From contig RFGN01000140.1 of NCBI GenBank assembly GCA_003696645.1, positions 1 to 35,090 on the forward strand: a DNA stretch of 35,090 nucleotides, in the 5' to 3' direction. This stretch comes from Gammaproteobacteria bacterium (GTDB taxonomy: Bacteria; Pseudomonadota; Gammaproteobacteria; J025). The notes under the pieces were generated by a model, which did no database searches, was not told where the DNA came from, and saw only the letters and a list, made by a program, of their open reading frames with translations. A program made the position numbers and the translations under genes. Below, one piece after another: positions 11,590 to 21,312 of this stretch (position 1 is its first letter; the number at the start of each line of letters is the position of its first letter).

Positions 11590-13290
11590 TCATATGGAAG
11601 ACCAGATATTGCCAAATGGATCATCGTTTCTGGACTTTTTCTTGGTCTGTTTTTTGGCTTCATCAGGATGGGTGTGCTCTGAGATATTGCCATCCTCATC
11701 CGCAATGGCATAGGCGAATTGGCGGAACGATGCCTTGGACCTGAGCAGGCGGGTGAGAATCACGGAATGTTTTTCACTGCCCATGTCCACAAAGATATGC
11801 TGTTGGGAGCGAAACAGCCCCGGGGTAATGATAGATGGGGGAATGTTCAGTTTTTCATCTGCCGGAACAAGCAGACATTCCAGTCGAGGCGGTGAGGTAT
11901 TGCCCTTTTCAAAGTTCTTGGCCTTGACCGGTTGGGCATCCCTTGAGAGGAGTTGTACGCCGAAATGAAATTCTTCGTCATCCAGATGCTGGATCCATCT
12001 CACCAGACAGATATTCCAGACGGTGGTCGGGTCATTGCGTTTGGGTTGATCCTTGATGGCCAGCAGTTCTCCCACACGAATCAGCTGGGTCTGTTCACCG
12101 CTCCAGAGCATGCCGTATCCCATGCTGCTCCGGTTGAGTATGGTGCAGGGCAGGATATTGAAACTGGTTGCTTTGCTGTCTTCGCCTTCAAACAGGATGG
12201 TGGCGTCATCATCCTCATTGGTTAGCAGTATCTCATTCTGGTTCTTTGACTGATCCAGGGTACGATGCGAGGCAGTCAGTCCAATGGCGATCTCTGTTTC
12301 CATCCTGCGTTTGGTTCGCAGACTTTTCCTCTTGCTGGTATGCTCCCAGGAGGCTACCAGGGACTTGAAGATTTCTCTGGTCAGGCCATGACCGGATTCG
12401 ATGCTGGATTGTTGTATCTCTGCCTTCAGCTGTGTGGTCATTCTTGAAGTATTGAGGATGCGTGTTTCTTCGGTCATATCCCCTTTGTACAGCGCCAGAG
12501 GAAGAGGTTTGCTGTCCTGGTCCAGATTGACAACAAACTGGCAGCGGTCATCATCCCTGTCAACATTTCGAGTCAGAGTACAGAGCATGCCATAATTTTC
12601 AACGGCCTGATTCAGTTTGATGATCTTGTCGCCATCAAGCCGATTGGGGTTGGCGATGGAGAGCAGCAGAATATCCTTGTAGGTGTTTGAAATACTGGTG
12701 ACCTTGCTGATATTTTCATCAAGGTTGTTTTCTATTTCAATGCGATGCAGCTTGTTATCCTCGGCATAACGGTAGATCTGATTGATCTCTTTCCAGACCT
12801 CCGATTCTGGAAGAGTGTAAGACTGATAGTGTGTGATCAATAGGCGATTCAGATAAAAAAGTGTTCTTTGCAGACTGCTCAGCAGCATGGGGTTACGTGA
12901 TGCTGAAGCAATATTCACTGCAGATTTTTGTGCAACGTGCTTGTAACCGATAGCCAGTTCATTGTTGATTTCGGCAGTCAGTTGAGCAACCCTTTTCCCT
13001 CGGTTACTGAGCGGATGAGGGGCATTGACAAAATGCTTGTGCAGTGCCTTCATCACAAACTCGATCGGCGCATGGATCTGTTCCAGGATATTCAGAAGAT
13101 CATTGGGTGCCAGATCACAGCGGTTGGCCAGAACCAGTGTTTGGTAGAGCTGCTTGACGGTTTCACCGGTGTTGGCCAAAGGAAGGCGGCCTATCCACTG
13201 TCTGATGCTGTTACGATCCAGCGTAAAGGGCAGATCGTCGGCCCGTCCGTCGGTATCGGGGACGGCCAGGTTCAGGGCAACGGAGCGCAT
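11590..13290 (-). CDS. Large hypothetical protein with C-terminal atypical PilZ-like domain (candidate c-di-GMP receptor)
   Basis: 566-aa ORF with AAGGA 6 nt upstream of the ATG. Contains RKSLRTKRR (overlapping RxxxR motifs, aa 321-329) and NRSSMG (N-x-S-x-x-G, aa 386-391), followed by a beta-rich segment. The N-terminal ~300 aa are helical with no motif I can name. Confidence 0.55.
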   Translation of the reverse strand: MRSVALNLAVPDTDGRADDLPFTLDRNSIRQWIGRLPLANTGETVKQLYQTLVLANRCDLAPNDLLNILEQIHAPIEFVMKALHKHFVNAPHPLSNRGKRVAQLTAEINNELAIGYKHVAQKSAVNIASASRNPMLLSSLQRTLFYLNRLLITHYQSYTLPESEVWKEINQIYRYAEDNKLHRIEIENNLDENISKVTSISNTYKDILLLSIANPNRLDGDKIIKLNQAVENYGMLCTLTRNVDRDDDRCQFVVNLDQDSKPLPLALYKGDMTEETRILNTSRMTTQLKAEIQQSSIESGHGLTREIFKSLVASWEHTSKRKSLRTKRRMETEIAIGLTASHRTLDQSKNQNEILLTNEDDDATILFEGEDSKATSFNILPCTILNRSSMGYGMLWSGEQTQLIRVGELLAIKDQPKRNDPTTVWNICLVRWIQHLDDEEFHFGVQLLSRDAQPVKAKNFEKGNTSPPRLECLLVPADEKLNIPPSIITPGLFRSQQHIFVDMGSEKHSVILTRLLRSKASFRQFAYAIADEDGNISEHTHPDEAKKQTKKKSRNDDPFGNIWSSI

Positions 13291-13389
13291 GTGTATCCTT
13301 TATCAAGATTTACCGCCATAACTATTCAATTGTCCCAAATTTGCCCGCATCAGGCAAGGAAGAGTGGCATTTGCAGGAAGAAAATTGGC

Positions 13390-14403
13390 TCAAAAAATCC
13401 GTGACTTGTAGGGTTTATGCGGGATTTCACGGACAAAGACAGGAACAAGATACCCGGGCAGTTGTTCTTTCAGATATTCCATCAGTTCAAGTTTTCTGGC
13501 TTCATTCACTGCAAAATGGTGAGTTCCACGGACCGGATCAAGATCGTGAAGATAATAGGGCAGTACACCCATTGAAAAAAGGGCTTGGCTCAGGTCAGCA
13601 AGCACCGTTGGATGGTCATTGATGCCCTTGAGCAGAACAGTCTGGTTAAGAAGGGTGATGCCGGTTTGATGCAAGGCATTGAGGACGTATCGAACCTCGT
13701 CATCCAGCTCGTTGGGGTGATTGCTGTGAATGACCATGACGACCTGAAGTGGACAGTCTTTCAGCCAGCTCAGAAGATTTGTCGTGATACGTTCAGGTAG
13801 CACCACAGGAAGGCGTGTATGGATTCGCAAGGTATTGACATGCGAGATGTCCGAGATTTCCTGACTGATCTTTGCCAATTTTTCCGTTTCCAGCATGAGA
13901 GGATCTCCACCGCTCAGGATGACTTCCCGGATTGATGGATCCCGTTTGATCTCTTTCAGCATGGTGGGCCAGTGATGGCTCAACTGGGCGCTGCCAAGGT
14001 GATAGGGGAAGTTACGACGAAAACAATATCGGCAGTGAATGGCGCAGGCGCCGGTGACGATGAGAAGGACCCTGCCATGATACTTTCTGATGAAGCCGGG
14101 GATAGGCTGGAATTTTGATTCTTCCAGCGGGTCGATTGTGAAGCCTTCCTGTCTGATCTCTTCCTGGTTCAAGGGCAGGATCTGGCGCAGTAATGGATCA
14201 TTCGGTTGACCTGGCTGAATTCGATTGATATAGCTGCGTGAGGCCAGAACGGCAAAATCCGGATCAGAGGCGATCTGTGAAGCGATGGCAGGGTCTGCTC
14301 CCAGTCCGGTCCGGTCGAGAAGATCCCTGGCATGATGACAGGACCTCTTGAGCTCCCTTCGCCAGCTTCTTTGCTGTAATGGTGGAATTTTTGGGTTTAT
14401 CAT
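13390..14403 (-). CDS. epmB: EF-P beta-lysylation protein EpmB (lysine 2,3-aminomutase family, radical SAM)
   Basis: Radical-SAM cluster [25 protein letters not shown]...IDPLEE...[16 protein letters not shown] is collinear with E. coli EpmB/YjeK. Divergent from efp. Confidence 0.92.
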   Translation of the reverse strand: MINPKIPPLQQRSWRRELKRSCHHARDLLDRTGLGADPAIASQIASDPDFAVLASRSYINRIQPGQPNDPLLRQILPLNQEEIRQEGFTIDPLEESKFQPIPGFIRKYHGRVLLIVTGACAIHCRYCFRRNFPYHLGSAQLSHHWPTMLKEIKRDPSIREVILSGGDPLMLETEKLAKISQEISDISHVNTLRIHTRLPVVLPERITTNLLSWLKDCPLQVVMVIHSNHPNELDDEVRYVLNALHQTGITLLNQTVLLKGINDHPTVLADLSQALFSMGVLPYYLHDLDPVRGTHHFAVNEARKLELMEYLKEQLPGYLVPVFVREIPHKPYKSRIF

Positions 14404-14437
14404 ATCCAGTTTTTATCTTGAAGGCACAGGAGAGAAC

Positions 14438-15007
14438 ATGGCCAGCTATAGTACCAATGAATTTCGGGGTGGACTCAAATTTTTAATGAATGGTGAACCC
14501 TGTTCCATCATTGAAAATGAATTTGTCAAGCCGGGAAAGGGCCAGGCCTTCAACCGGGTCAAATACCGTAATCTCAAGACCGGACGGGTGATTGAGAAAA
14601 CCTTCAAATCGGGTGAAACCGTTGAAGCGGCAGATGTGGTCGAGGTGGAAATGCAATTTCTCTACTGCGATGGAGAGGCCTGGCATTTCATGGATCCCAA
14701 GTCCTTTGAGCAGTATCAGGCCGATCGTGCGGCCATGAGTGATGCGGCACAGTGGCTGAAGGGTCAGGAGATCTGTATGGTTACGGTATGGAACGGAACA
14801 CCAATCCTGGTGACGCCACCCAACTTTGTCGAGCTGGCGGTCACAGAAACCGATCCGGGTTTGCGAGGAGACACCAGTTCCGGTGGCAGCAAGCCCGCAA
14901 CGCTTGAAAGTGGCGCAGTCGTTCAGGTTCCGCTGTTTATCAACATCGGAGATGTTCTGAAGGTCAATACTGCATCTGGAGAATATGTCAGCCGCGCCAA
15001 GGGGTGA
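14438..15007 (+). CDS. efp: Elongation factor P
   Basis: 189 aa. Starts [38 protein letters not shown], with the modifiable Lys in the KPGKGQA loop. AGGAGA lies upstream of ATG 14438. The ORF-track start at 14348 is an upstream extension. Confidence 0.97.
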   Translation: MASYSTNEFRGGLKFLMNGEPCSIIENEFVKPGKGQAFNRVKYRNLKTGRVIEKTFKSGETVEAADVVEVEMQFLYCDGEAWHFMDPKSFEQYQADRAAMSDAAQWLKGQEICMVTVWNGTPILVTPPNFVELAVTETDPGLRGDTSSGGSKPATLESGAVVQVPLFINIGDVLKVNTASGEYVSRAKG

Positions 15008-15971
15008 CCATTATGCGCTTCCCGATCTGCGGCAAAGGTTGCAGGCACGTGCCGCGTTGCTGAACACGATCAGGACATTTTTCAGGGATCGTGGTGTACT
15101 CGAGGTCGAAACGCCATTACTTTATCCTGCCTTTTCCACGGAGCCTTTTCTGCAGCCATTTTCCGTGGAATTTTCGGGGGCGGGGGGCTGCCGTGCCAGA
15201 AGGCTGTATCTGCAGTCTTCTCCAGAATATGGGATGAAACGTCTTGTTGCGGAAGGCTCTGGTTCAGTATTCCAGATCTGCAAGGCCTTTCGTAATGGAG
15301 ACCTGGGCCATTTGCATCAGCCAGAATTCAGTCTCCTGGAATGGTATCGTGTTGGATTTGATTATCGTCAGTTGGCCCGTGAAGTGCAGTCCCTGATCGA
15401 GTCTGTGTATCCGGCATCGCGTATTCATCACCTGAGTTGTCAGACATTGCTTGCAGAATATGCCGGTGTGGACATGCATGAGAGCGACGATAGCAAACTG
15501 CGCGAGACACTGTTGCAGTGCGGTTTTTCCGAAGGTCTTGATGACGTGGATCGGGCAACGCTTATCGACTGGCTGCTGGATGAAATTATCAGAAAAAATT
15601 TTTCCGAAACCGGCATGTTGTTGATTGTTTACGACTATCCGGCGATCCACCCCCAGATGGCAGCTTTCCATGCCGAAGATGAGCGGCTGGTACAGCGCTT
15701 CGAGGCGTATCTGAATGGCATTGAACTGGCCAATGGCTATACGGAACTTCGTGACGCAGACGAACAATTGCGCCGGTTTCAGCTTGATCATGAAAGGCGC
15801 CGGTCACTGGGATTCGAAGATGTTGTCTGGGATGAAGCATTACTCGAGGCCTTGCGCACAGGGTTGCCGGAGTGTGCTGGCGTAGCTCTCGGTCTGGACC
15901 GCTTGTTGATGCTGACATCTGGAGCGACAGATATACATCAGGTCAGCAATTTTGCACTGCTGCCTGAATAA
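14985..15971 (+). CDS. epmA: EF-P-lysine lysyltransferase EpmA (PoxA/GenX, truncated class II LysRS paralogue)
   Basis: [17 protein letters not shown] (class II aaRS motif 1 region), ...SPEYGMKRL..., [12 protein letters not shown] (motif 3). No anticodon-binding domain. Overlaps the efp 3' end by 23 nt. Confidence 0.92.
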   Translation: MSAAPRGDHYALPDLRQRLQARAALLNTIRTFFRDRGVLEVETPLLYPAFSTEPFLQPFSVEFSGAGGCRARRLYLQSSPEYGMKRLVAEGSGSVFQICKAFRNGDLGHLHQPEFSLLEWYRVGFDYRQLAREVQSLIESVYPASRIHHLSCQTLLAEYAGVDMHESDDSKLRETLLQCGFSEGLDDVDRATLIDWLLDEIIRKNFSETGMLLIVYDYPAIHPQMAAFHAEDERLVQRFEAYLNGIELANGYTELRDADEQLRRFQLDHERRRSLGFEDVVWDEALLEALRTGLPECAGVALGLDRLLMLTSGATDIHQVSNFALLPE

Positions 15972-15973
15972 TT

Positions 15974-15995
15974 CCGAGTTTTCACTACAACTCGG
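15974..15995. terminator. Short hairpin between convergent epmA and rsgA
   Basis: 7-bp stem CCGAGTT / AACTCGG with an 8-nt loop. No U-tract. Confidence 0.2.
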
Positions 15996-16031
15996 GGCTT
16001 GTCTTGATAGCCCTCGTTCCAGGGCAGATCC

Positions 16032-16910
16032 TCATGAAAGTTTTTTCAGAAAATGGTGATAGCTGTCCAGTCGTGCTGGCGAGATTTCATTATTTCTAAC
16101 CGATTCAATCACTGCGCAACCCTGTTCCTGCAGATGCCTGCAATTGTTGAATCTACAGTATTGAGCCTGTTGATATATCTCTATGAAGCCTTTTTCAACC
16201 GCCTTCCAGTCCTGGATACAGGGTGTAAACTGGCGAACCCCGGGAGAGTCGATCACGTTACCCCCGTTGCCAACCGGATACAGCGTGGCCACAGTAGTGG
16301 TGTGCTGTCCCTGTTGAATGCCAGCCGAGAGCACTGATGTTGGGGCCTGGACTTCAGGGGCAATGGCATTGAGAATAGAAGACTTCCCCACCCCCGATTG
16401 ACCAACCAGAATGGTTGTATGATGGGTTATCATGCCTTTCAGACGATCAAGATTCAACCCCGAGACAGTACTGCATTGAATGCAGGGATAGCCGAGGTTT
16501 TCGTAGACATTCATGATGCCAGACATGGGTTTTGAAGAGGAATTCAAGTCATGTTTGTTAAATACAAGGATGGCCTGAATGCCCTGATTTTCCGAAAAGA
16601 GCAGGTATCTGTCTATCAATAGTGTGTCAATGGCCGGAGATTTGTAGGCAGATACGATCATGATCTGATCCATGTTGGCTGCCAGGGGCTTGCAGCGTCC
16701 TGTCTTATCCATCCTTTCCAGCAACGACTGTCGTGGCAATACGGCAGTCACCAATCTGCGACTTTGCTCCCATTCCACCCAATCACCGGTTACCGGTGCA
16801 GGGATGTTTTTTTTGATATGACAGTCAATGATCTCGTTGCTGGATGTCACGAGCCGACAGGTCTGGCCAAAACGGGCTACGATCCGGGCTTTGGCATGGG
16901 CAATTTTCAT
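16032..16910 (-). CDS. rsgA: Ribosome small-subunit-dependent GTPase A
   Basis: N-terminal OB fold, circularly permuted GTPase (NKHDL ... GQSGVGKSSILNAI), and C-terminal zinc knuckle CRFNNCRHLQEQGCAV. I prefer ATG 16910 (MKIAHAKARIV), 7 nt after the upstream stop. ATG 16979 is an alternative that would overlap the M48 gene by 62 nt. Confidence 0.9.
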   Translation of the reverse strand: MKIAHAKARIVARFGQTCRLVTSSNEIIDCHIKKNIPAPVTGDWVEWEQSRRLVTAVLPRQSLLERMDKTGRCKPLAANMDQIMIVSAYKSPAIDTLLIDRYLLFSENQGIQAILVFNKHDLNSSSKPMSGIMNVYENLGYPCIQCSTVSGLNLDRLKGMITHHTTILVGQSGVGKSSILNAIAPEVQAPTSVLSAGIQQGQHTTTVATLYPVGNGGNVIDSPGVRQFTPCIQDWKAVEKGFIEIYQQAQYCRFNNCRHLQEQGCAVIESVRNNEISPARLDSYHHFLKKLS

Positions 16911-16917
16911 GGGACTG

Positions 16918-18156
16918 TTATTTTTGGGTATCAGCTTGCAGGTGCGAGATTCTGATCGAAGCCGGGGGATGGGAGTCATGAAATGCTGAATACAGGGGAT
17001 CAGGGGTCAATGTGGAGGCATTTTCCTGATACAGCTTGATGAGACCAGAAATGAGATAGTCTGCATGACTGGTCTTTGCAGCATATTCATCTGCCTCGAA
17101 TTCATGACGACGCGACCACTGTGCTGTCAAGGGTTGAAAAAACAGGCTGAATAATGGCGCTATCAGTACGAATAACAACAGGGCCAGATCATTGCCGGGT
17201 TGAGAGACCCCCAGTCCCTGAAAGAACCATGTCGTCTGACTCAGGAATCCAACAAGGGACAATGCCGTACCACCCAGAAGAATGGATACTCCAAGGCGCT
17301 TTGGAATATGCCTGCACTTGAAATGACCCAGTTCATGGGCCAGAACAGCCTCGATTTCGTCCTCGCTCAATTGTTCAAGGAGTGTGTCGTAGAAGACGAT
17401 CCGCTTGCTTTTGCCAAAACCGGTAAAATAGGCATTTCCGTGGGCAGAACGGCGTGAACCATCCATGATAAATATCCCGTTGCTGGAAAAACCGGAGCGT
17501 TCCAGAAGTTGTACGATACGGTCCTTGACGGGACCTTCCGGCATTTCCGTGAAACGATTGAACCATTGAGCAAAGAACATGGGATAGGCCCAGGTAACGA
17601 ACAGGATGAAAAATAACCAGACCAGCATGGCTGCCAGCCACCACAAAGATCCAAGAGCAGTCATGCACCAGAGTATGACCCATGCAAGAGGGAGCATGAG
17701 AACAAGACCCAGAATCAGTTGCTTGATCGTATCGAGAAAGAAAAGGGCAGGTGTGCTGCGATTGAAACCGAATTTTTGTTCTATGAAAAATGTTTTGTAG
17801 TAATCCAGGGGAAGATTCAGAAGGTGGCTGATGATCATGAATGATGCAATCAGGGTCAGAGAATTCCCGGAGAAGGCGGCCTGATTCCACTGGTAGAGGG
17901 ACTGAAGTCCGCCACCGATTGTCCATGCCAGCAAGATCAGGCCGTCAAATATGACATGAACACGCTCAAGCTTCATTTTTGCCAGTGTATAATGGGCAGC
18001 AAGCTGATGAGACTCCAGGGATATTTTTTCCCTGAAAGCATCTGGAACCTGATCCTGATGAAGGCGTACATGGTTACAATGGCGCTGAATCAACCATAAT
18101 TGAATGAAGATGCCAAGGCCCAGGAGACCCAGAAAAATATAACTGAAGCTGTTCAT
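16918..18156 (-). CDS. M48 family (Ste24/HtpX-type) integral-membrane zinc metallopeptidase
   Basis: 412 aa, multiple TM helices, HExxH motif HELGHFKCRH, downstream EFEADEYA. Confidence 0.9.
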   Translation of the reverse strand: MNSFSYIFLGLLGLGIFIQLWLIQRHCNHVRLHQDQVPDAFREKISLESHQLAAHYTLAKMKLERVHVIFDGLILLAWTIGGGLQSLYQWNQAAFSGNSLTLIASFMIISHLLNLPLDYYKTFFIEQKFGFNRSTPALFFLDTIKQLILGLVLMLPLAWVILWCMTALGSLWWLAAMLVWLFFILFVTWAYPMFFAQWFNRFTEMPEGPVKDRIVQLLERSGFSSNGIFIMDGSRRSAHGNAYFTGFGKSKRIVFYDTLLEQLSEDEIEAVLAHELGHFKCRHIPKRLGVSILLGGTALSLVGFLSQTTWFFQGLGVSQPGNDLALLLFVLIAPLFSLFFQPLTAQWSRRHEFEADEYAAKTSHADYLISGLIKLYQENASTLTPDPLYSAFHDSHPPASIRISHLQADTQK

Positions 18157-18175
18157 TGAAAATATGAGTTGATCT

Positions 18176-18724
18176 ATGCAGACGGATAATCATAACCTTA
18201 TTTGGATCGATCTTGAAATGACCGGACTGGATACAGTCCGTGATTCGATCATCGAGATTGCCACCATCGTCACCGACAGCGAGTTGAATATCCTTGCAGA
18301 AGGTCCGGTTCTGGCGATTCATCAATCGGACGATATTCTGAATGATATGGATGACTGGAATCAGAAACATCATGGTGAGTCCGGACTGTTGGAAAGGGTT
18401 CGCAAGAGTGAATATGATGAATCACGTGCAGAGGCCATGACACTGGATTTTCTGCGCCAGTATGTTCCGGAAGGGAAATCACCCATGTGTGGCAACAGCA
18501 TCTGTCAGGACAGGCGCTTCATGGCGCGTTGCATGCCACGACTAGAGCAGTATTTCAGTTATCGTCATATTGATGTGAGTACAGTCAAGGAACTGTGCAA
18601 ACGTTGGTATCCCGGGGTGGCCAGTACCTTTACCAAAACAGGGACTCATCAGGCACTTGAAGATATCCGCGAATCAATCGAAGAACTCAGGCACTATCGC
18701 AAACATATCTTTCTGGCTCAGTGA
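18176..18724 (+). CDS. orn: Oligoribonuclease
   Basis: [13 protein letters not shown]...[10 protein letters not shown]...[11 protein letters not shown]...[14 protein letters not shown]. These are DEDDh exonuclease motifs collinear with E. coli Orn. 182 aa. Confidence 0.95.
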   Translation: MQTDNHNLIWIDLEMTGLDTVRDSIIEIATIVTDSELNILAEGPVLAIHQSDDILNDMDDWNQKHHGESGLLERVRKSEYDESRAEAMTLDFLRQYVPEGKSPMCGNSICQDRRFMARCMPRLEQYFSYRHIDVSTVKELCKRWYPGVASTFTKTGTHQALEDIRESIEELRHYRKHIFLAQ

Positions 18725-19110
18725 GTCTGGAACTGCAATATCGAAAACTGTGGCTGGTTATTGGTTGGCTGATCGTCATTGCGATTAATGTCGGTTCACT
18801 CTATCCATATGTTCCGGAAAGGATCATGAGCGGTGGCCTCGACAAGGTCTGGCATTCCGGCAGCTATGCCCTTTTGATGTTGTGGTTCTGCATGTTGTAT
18901 GATGGAGTCCGGCGCAGGATACTGATTGGCATCGGATGGGCCCTGATGGGGCTGATGATTGAAGTCCTGCAGGGTTTCTCTATAATACGCACTTTCGATC
19001 TTCTCGACTTCGCCGCGGATGTGATAGGCATCTCCATCGGTGGAGTATTGATGCTTACTCCGCTTTCCAGAATGCTGTTATGGCTGGAGAGCAAGATGCG
19101 TGTGCGGTAG
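18721..19110 (+). CDS. VanZ-family membrane protein
   Basis: 129 aa with four hydrophobic helices. VanZ-type motifs [12 protein letters not shown] and [13 protein letters not shown]. The GTG start overlaps the orn stop (GTGA). Confidence 0.7.
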   Translation: MSLELQYRKLWLVIGWLIVIAINVGSLYPYVPERIMSGGLDKVWHSGSYALLMLWFCMLYDGVRRRILIGIGWALMGLMIEVLQGFSIIRTFDLLDFAADVIGISIGGVLMLTPLSRMLLWLESKMRVR

Positions 19111-19112
19111 AG

Positions 19113-19799
19113 ATGCAGGATTACAAAAAAGAATTCATAAAATTTGCGATAGACAATCAGGTATTGCGTTTTGGTCGTTTTACACTCAAATCCGGCCGAA
19201 TCAGTCCCTACTTTTTCAACAGTGGGTTGTTCAACACTGGAGCACAGCTGGCAAAGCTGAGCCAGTTCTATGCTCGTGCCATACATGATCAGACTGCAAG
19301 ACTGGGATTATCCTTCGATACCCTGTTTGGCCCGGCATACAAGGGAATTCCTCTGGTTGCCGGCATCTCTATGGCACTATATCAGGGTTATGGCCAGGAC
19401 TACCCCTATGCATTCAATCGCAAGGAAGCCAAGGACCATGGTGAAGGAGGATCGCTTGTCGGAGCGGAATTGAAGGGTCGTGTCCTCGTCGTGGACGATG
19501 TGATCTCAGCCGGAACCTCTGTCAGAGAGTCCGTCAAGATCATTCAGGATAACCATGCCGAGTTTGCTGGGGTTGCCATTGCACTGGACCGCAAGGAGAG
19601 AGGGCTGGGGGCAAGTTCTGCGATTGGAGAGATTGAAAAGGAGTACGGTGTTTCGGTACTCAATATCATTGACATTCAGGATATTATCGATTTTCTGGAT
19701 GATACCGGCCAAGGAGATCTCGTTGAGAAAATGCTGACATATCGCCAGCAGTATGGGGTTTCCGGAGAGGATGACGTCCATTCCAACATTAGAATCTAG
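19113..19799 (+). CDS. pyrE: Orotate phosphoribosyltransferase
   Basis: Starts MQDYKKEFIKFAIDNQVLRFGRFTLKSGRISPYFFN. PRPP loop VLVVDDVISAGTS. Collinear with E. coli PyrE. ATG 19113 lies 2 nt after the vanZ stop. Confidence 0.95.
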   Translation: MQDYKKEFIKFAIDNQVLRFGRFTLKSGRISPYFFNSGLFNTGAQLAKLSQFYARAIHDQTARLGLSFDTLFGPAYKGIPLVAGISMALYQGYGQDYPYAFNRKEAKDHGEGGSLVGAELKGRVLVVDDVISAGTSVRESVKIIQDNHAEFAGVAIALDRKERGLGASSAIGEIEKEYGVSVLNIIDIQDIIDFLDDTGQGDLVEKMLTYRQQYGVSGEDDVHSNIRI

Positions 19800-19812
19800 A
19801 AATATATATTGC

Positions 19813-20217
19813 ATGCAGAGTAGAAAACTTTATATCGGAAATCTGGCTTTCAGAGTGACTCAAAAAAGACTGAGGGAGATCTTTTCTCCTTGTGGTGAGA
19901 TCGAGAATATTCGCCTGATCAAGGATCGAAAAACTGGTCGCTCCAAGGGGTTTGCATTTATTACCTTTGCGGACGCCAAGGGAGCTGAAAACGGACTGAT
20001 GCAGGATGGCGTGGAGCTTGAGGGCCGGCCTCTCAGGGTCAATGTGGCATTGGAGCGGGCCTCTGATCAAGGAGAGCAGCAATCTGCCCCTGATCACTCA
20101 TCTCGGCAATCTGCCGCCCGCCCCGTGAATGAAAGATCCTCCGGTCGTCTATGGGACTGGATTGGTGGGATATTGTGTGGATTATTGCTGGGCTGGTTGA
20201 TCACTCTGGTCATTTGA
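19813..20217 (+). CDS. RRM-type RNA-binding protein with C-terminal transmembrane tail
   Basis: RNP2 LYIGNL and RNP1 KGFAFITF. A polar linker is followed by a terminal hydrophobic helix LWDWIGGILCGLLLGWLITLVI. ATG 19813 lies 13 nt after the pyrE stop. Confidence 0.85.
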   Translation: MQSRKLYIGNLAFRVTQKRLREIFSPCGEIENIRLIKDRKTGRSKGFAFITFADAKGAENGLMQDGVELEGRPLRVNVALERASDQGEQQSAPDHSSRQSAARPVNERSSGRLWDWIGGILCGLLLGWLITLVI

Positions 20218-20351
20218 TATCCTGTGGGTTTTTCGGTATAACACCCATGCCGAGAGACATGGCTGCATTTACAAGCTGACGAGGTTTATGCCAGAATGAG
20301 GCAGTCAATGCATATGTTGACCAATACAAACCGATTTGAGGGCAGTGAGCG

Positions 20352-20669
20352 ATGAAACGAACAACAGGAATCATTTTGATCTTGTCGATGGCTTTGAGTG
20401 CAATCTATTCACAAGTGGCACTGGCCGATGATGGGGCGGCTTTGTTCAAGCAGAAAGGCTGCACTGGGTGCCACGGTGAAGATGCAATGGGGCTGATTGG
20501 TCCGCGTCTTGCTGGCCAATTGGAAAAATATATTATCGAGCAGTTTAAACTGATTCGTGACGGGAAACGGACCTCTGGCAACTCTACCGTGATGGCCCAG
20601 GCCATTATGGAAGAGGTCTCTGACAAGGAGATTGGTGAAATTGCCAGGTATCTTTCAAACCTGAAATAG
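20352..20669 (+). CDS. Small periplasmic mono-haem class I c-type cytochrome
   Basis: Signal peptide MKRTTGIILILSMALSAIYSQVALA. Single CTGCH haem motif. Candidate distal Met in NSTVMAQ. 105 aa. Confidence 0.85.
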   Translation: MKRTTGIILILSMALSAIYSQVALADDGAALFKQKGCTGCHGEDAMGLIGPRLAGQLEKYIIEQFKLIRDGKRTSGNSTVMAQAIMEEVSDKEIGEIARYLSNLK

Positions 20670-20687
20670 TTTTACCTTCTGCGTGGC

Positions 20688-20705
20688 CCTGAATATGGAT
20701 TCAGG
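20688..20705. terminator. Hairpin between convergent cytochrome c and bolA
   Basis: 7-bp stem CCTGAAT / ATTCAGG with a 4-nt loop. No strong U-tract. Confidence 0.3.
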
Positions 20706-20730
20706 CAGATTCAGGTGGACTGCATGAATG

Positions 20731-20991
20731 TCAGTCGACGGTTTCTGTGTGGATGCTCAATGCATGAATGTGTTCGGGCATCATGTCCTGCAGACATGCA
20801 TACACCATCTGGTGCTGTCTGATGCGTGTCTTTCCATTGAAACTTTCAGAGGCGATCCTGACGGTAAAATGACCCGCTCCACCAGCAGAGGCGTGACCGA
20901 CATGCTGGTCACTGTCATCAATGATTTCAAGAGAGTGGGGTTTGAGGGTCTGTAACCGTTGCTTGATGGCCTGGATGCGATCGATACTCAC
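20731..20991 (-). CDS. bolA: BolA-family protein
   Basis: LEIIDDSDQHVGHA..GHFTVRIASESFNGKTRIRQHQMVYACL....IHALSIHT aligns with E. coli BolA. I prefer GTG 20991, which overlaps the yciI stop (GTGA). ATG 21069 would overlap yciI by about 80 nt. Confidence 0.8.
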   Translation of the reverse strand: MSIDRIQAIKQRLQTLKPHSLEIIDDSDQHVGHASAGGAGHFTVRIASESFNGKTRIRQHQMVYACLQDMMPEHIHALSIHTETVD

Positions 20992-21287
20992 GGCAGTACC
21001 CTCAAGTAGGGATGAATCACTACATCTTGGTAGACACCGGCCTGAATATACGGATCGGCGTTGGCCCATTCTTCCGCTTCCTTAATGTCCTCAAATTCTG
21101 CCACGATCAGACTTCCACTGAATCCTGCCTGACCAGGTTCGGGGCTGTCAATAGCCGGCAGGGGCCCGGCCGTCAACAACCTGCCTTCATCCCGCAATTT
21201 TTCAAGACGTTGAAGATGGGCTGACCGTGCATGCAAACGTTTTTCAAGACTGTTCACTGCGTCTTTTCCCATGATGACGTACCACAT
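20988..21287 (-). CDS. yciI: YciI-family protein
   Basis: MWYVIMGKDAVNSLEKRLHARSAHLQRLEKLRDEGRLLTAGPLPAIDS... is nearly collinear with E. coli YciI (98 aa). GGAGGAG lies upstream of ATG 21287. The ORF-track start at 21464 overlaps yciB. Confidence 0.9.
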   Translation of the reverse strand: MWYVIMGKDAVNSLEKRLHARSAHLQRLEKLRDEGRLLTAGPLPAIDSPEPGQAGFSGSLIVAEFEDIKEAEEWANADPYIQAGVYQDVVIHPYLRVLP

Positions 21288-21312
21288 ATCTCCTCCGGAA
21301 TGATGTTTCGGA

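Noticed and set aside
12928-13404. 158-aa plus-strand ORF crossing the 5' end of the 566-aa gene and the intergenic spacer
   Set aside because: It is antisense to a better-supported gene and runs through the intergenic region into the epmB 3' end. No SD or motifs.
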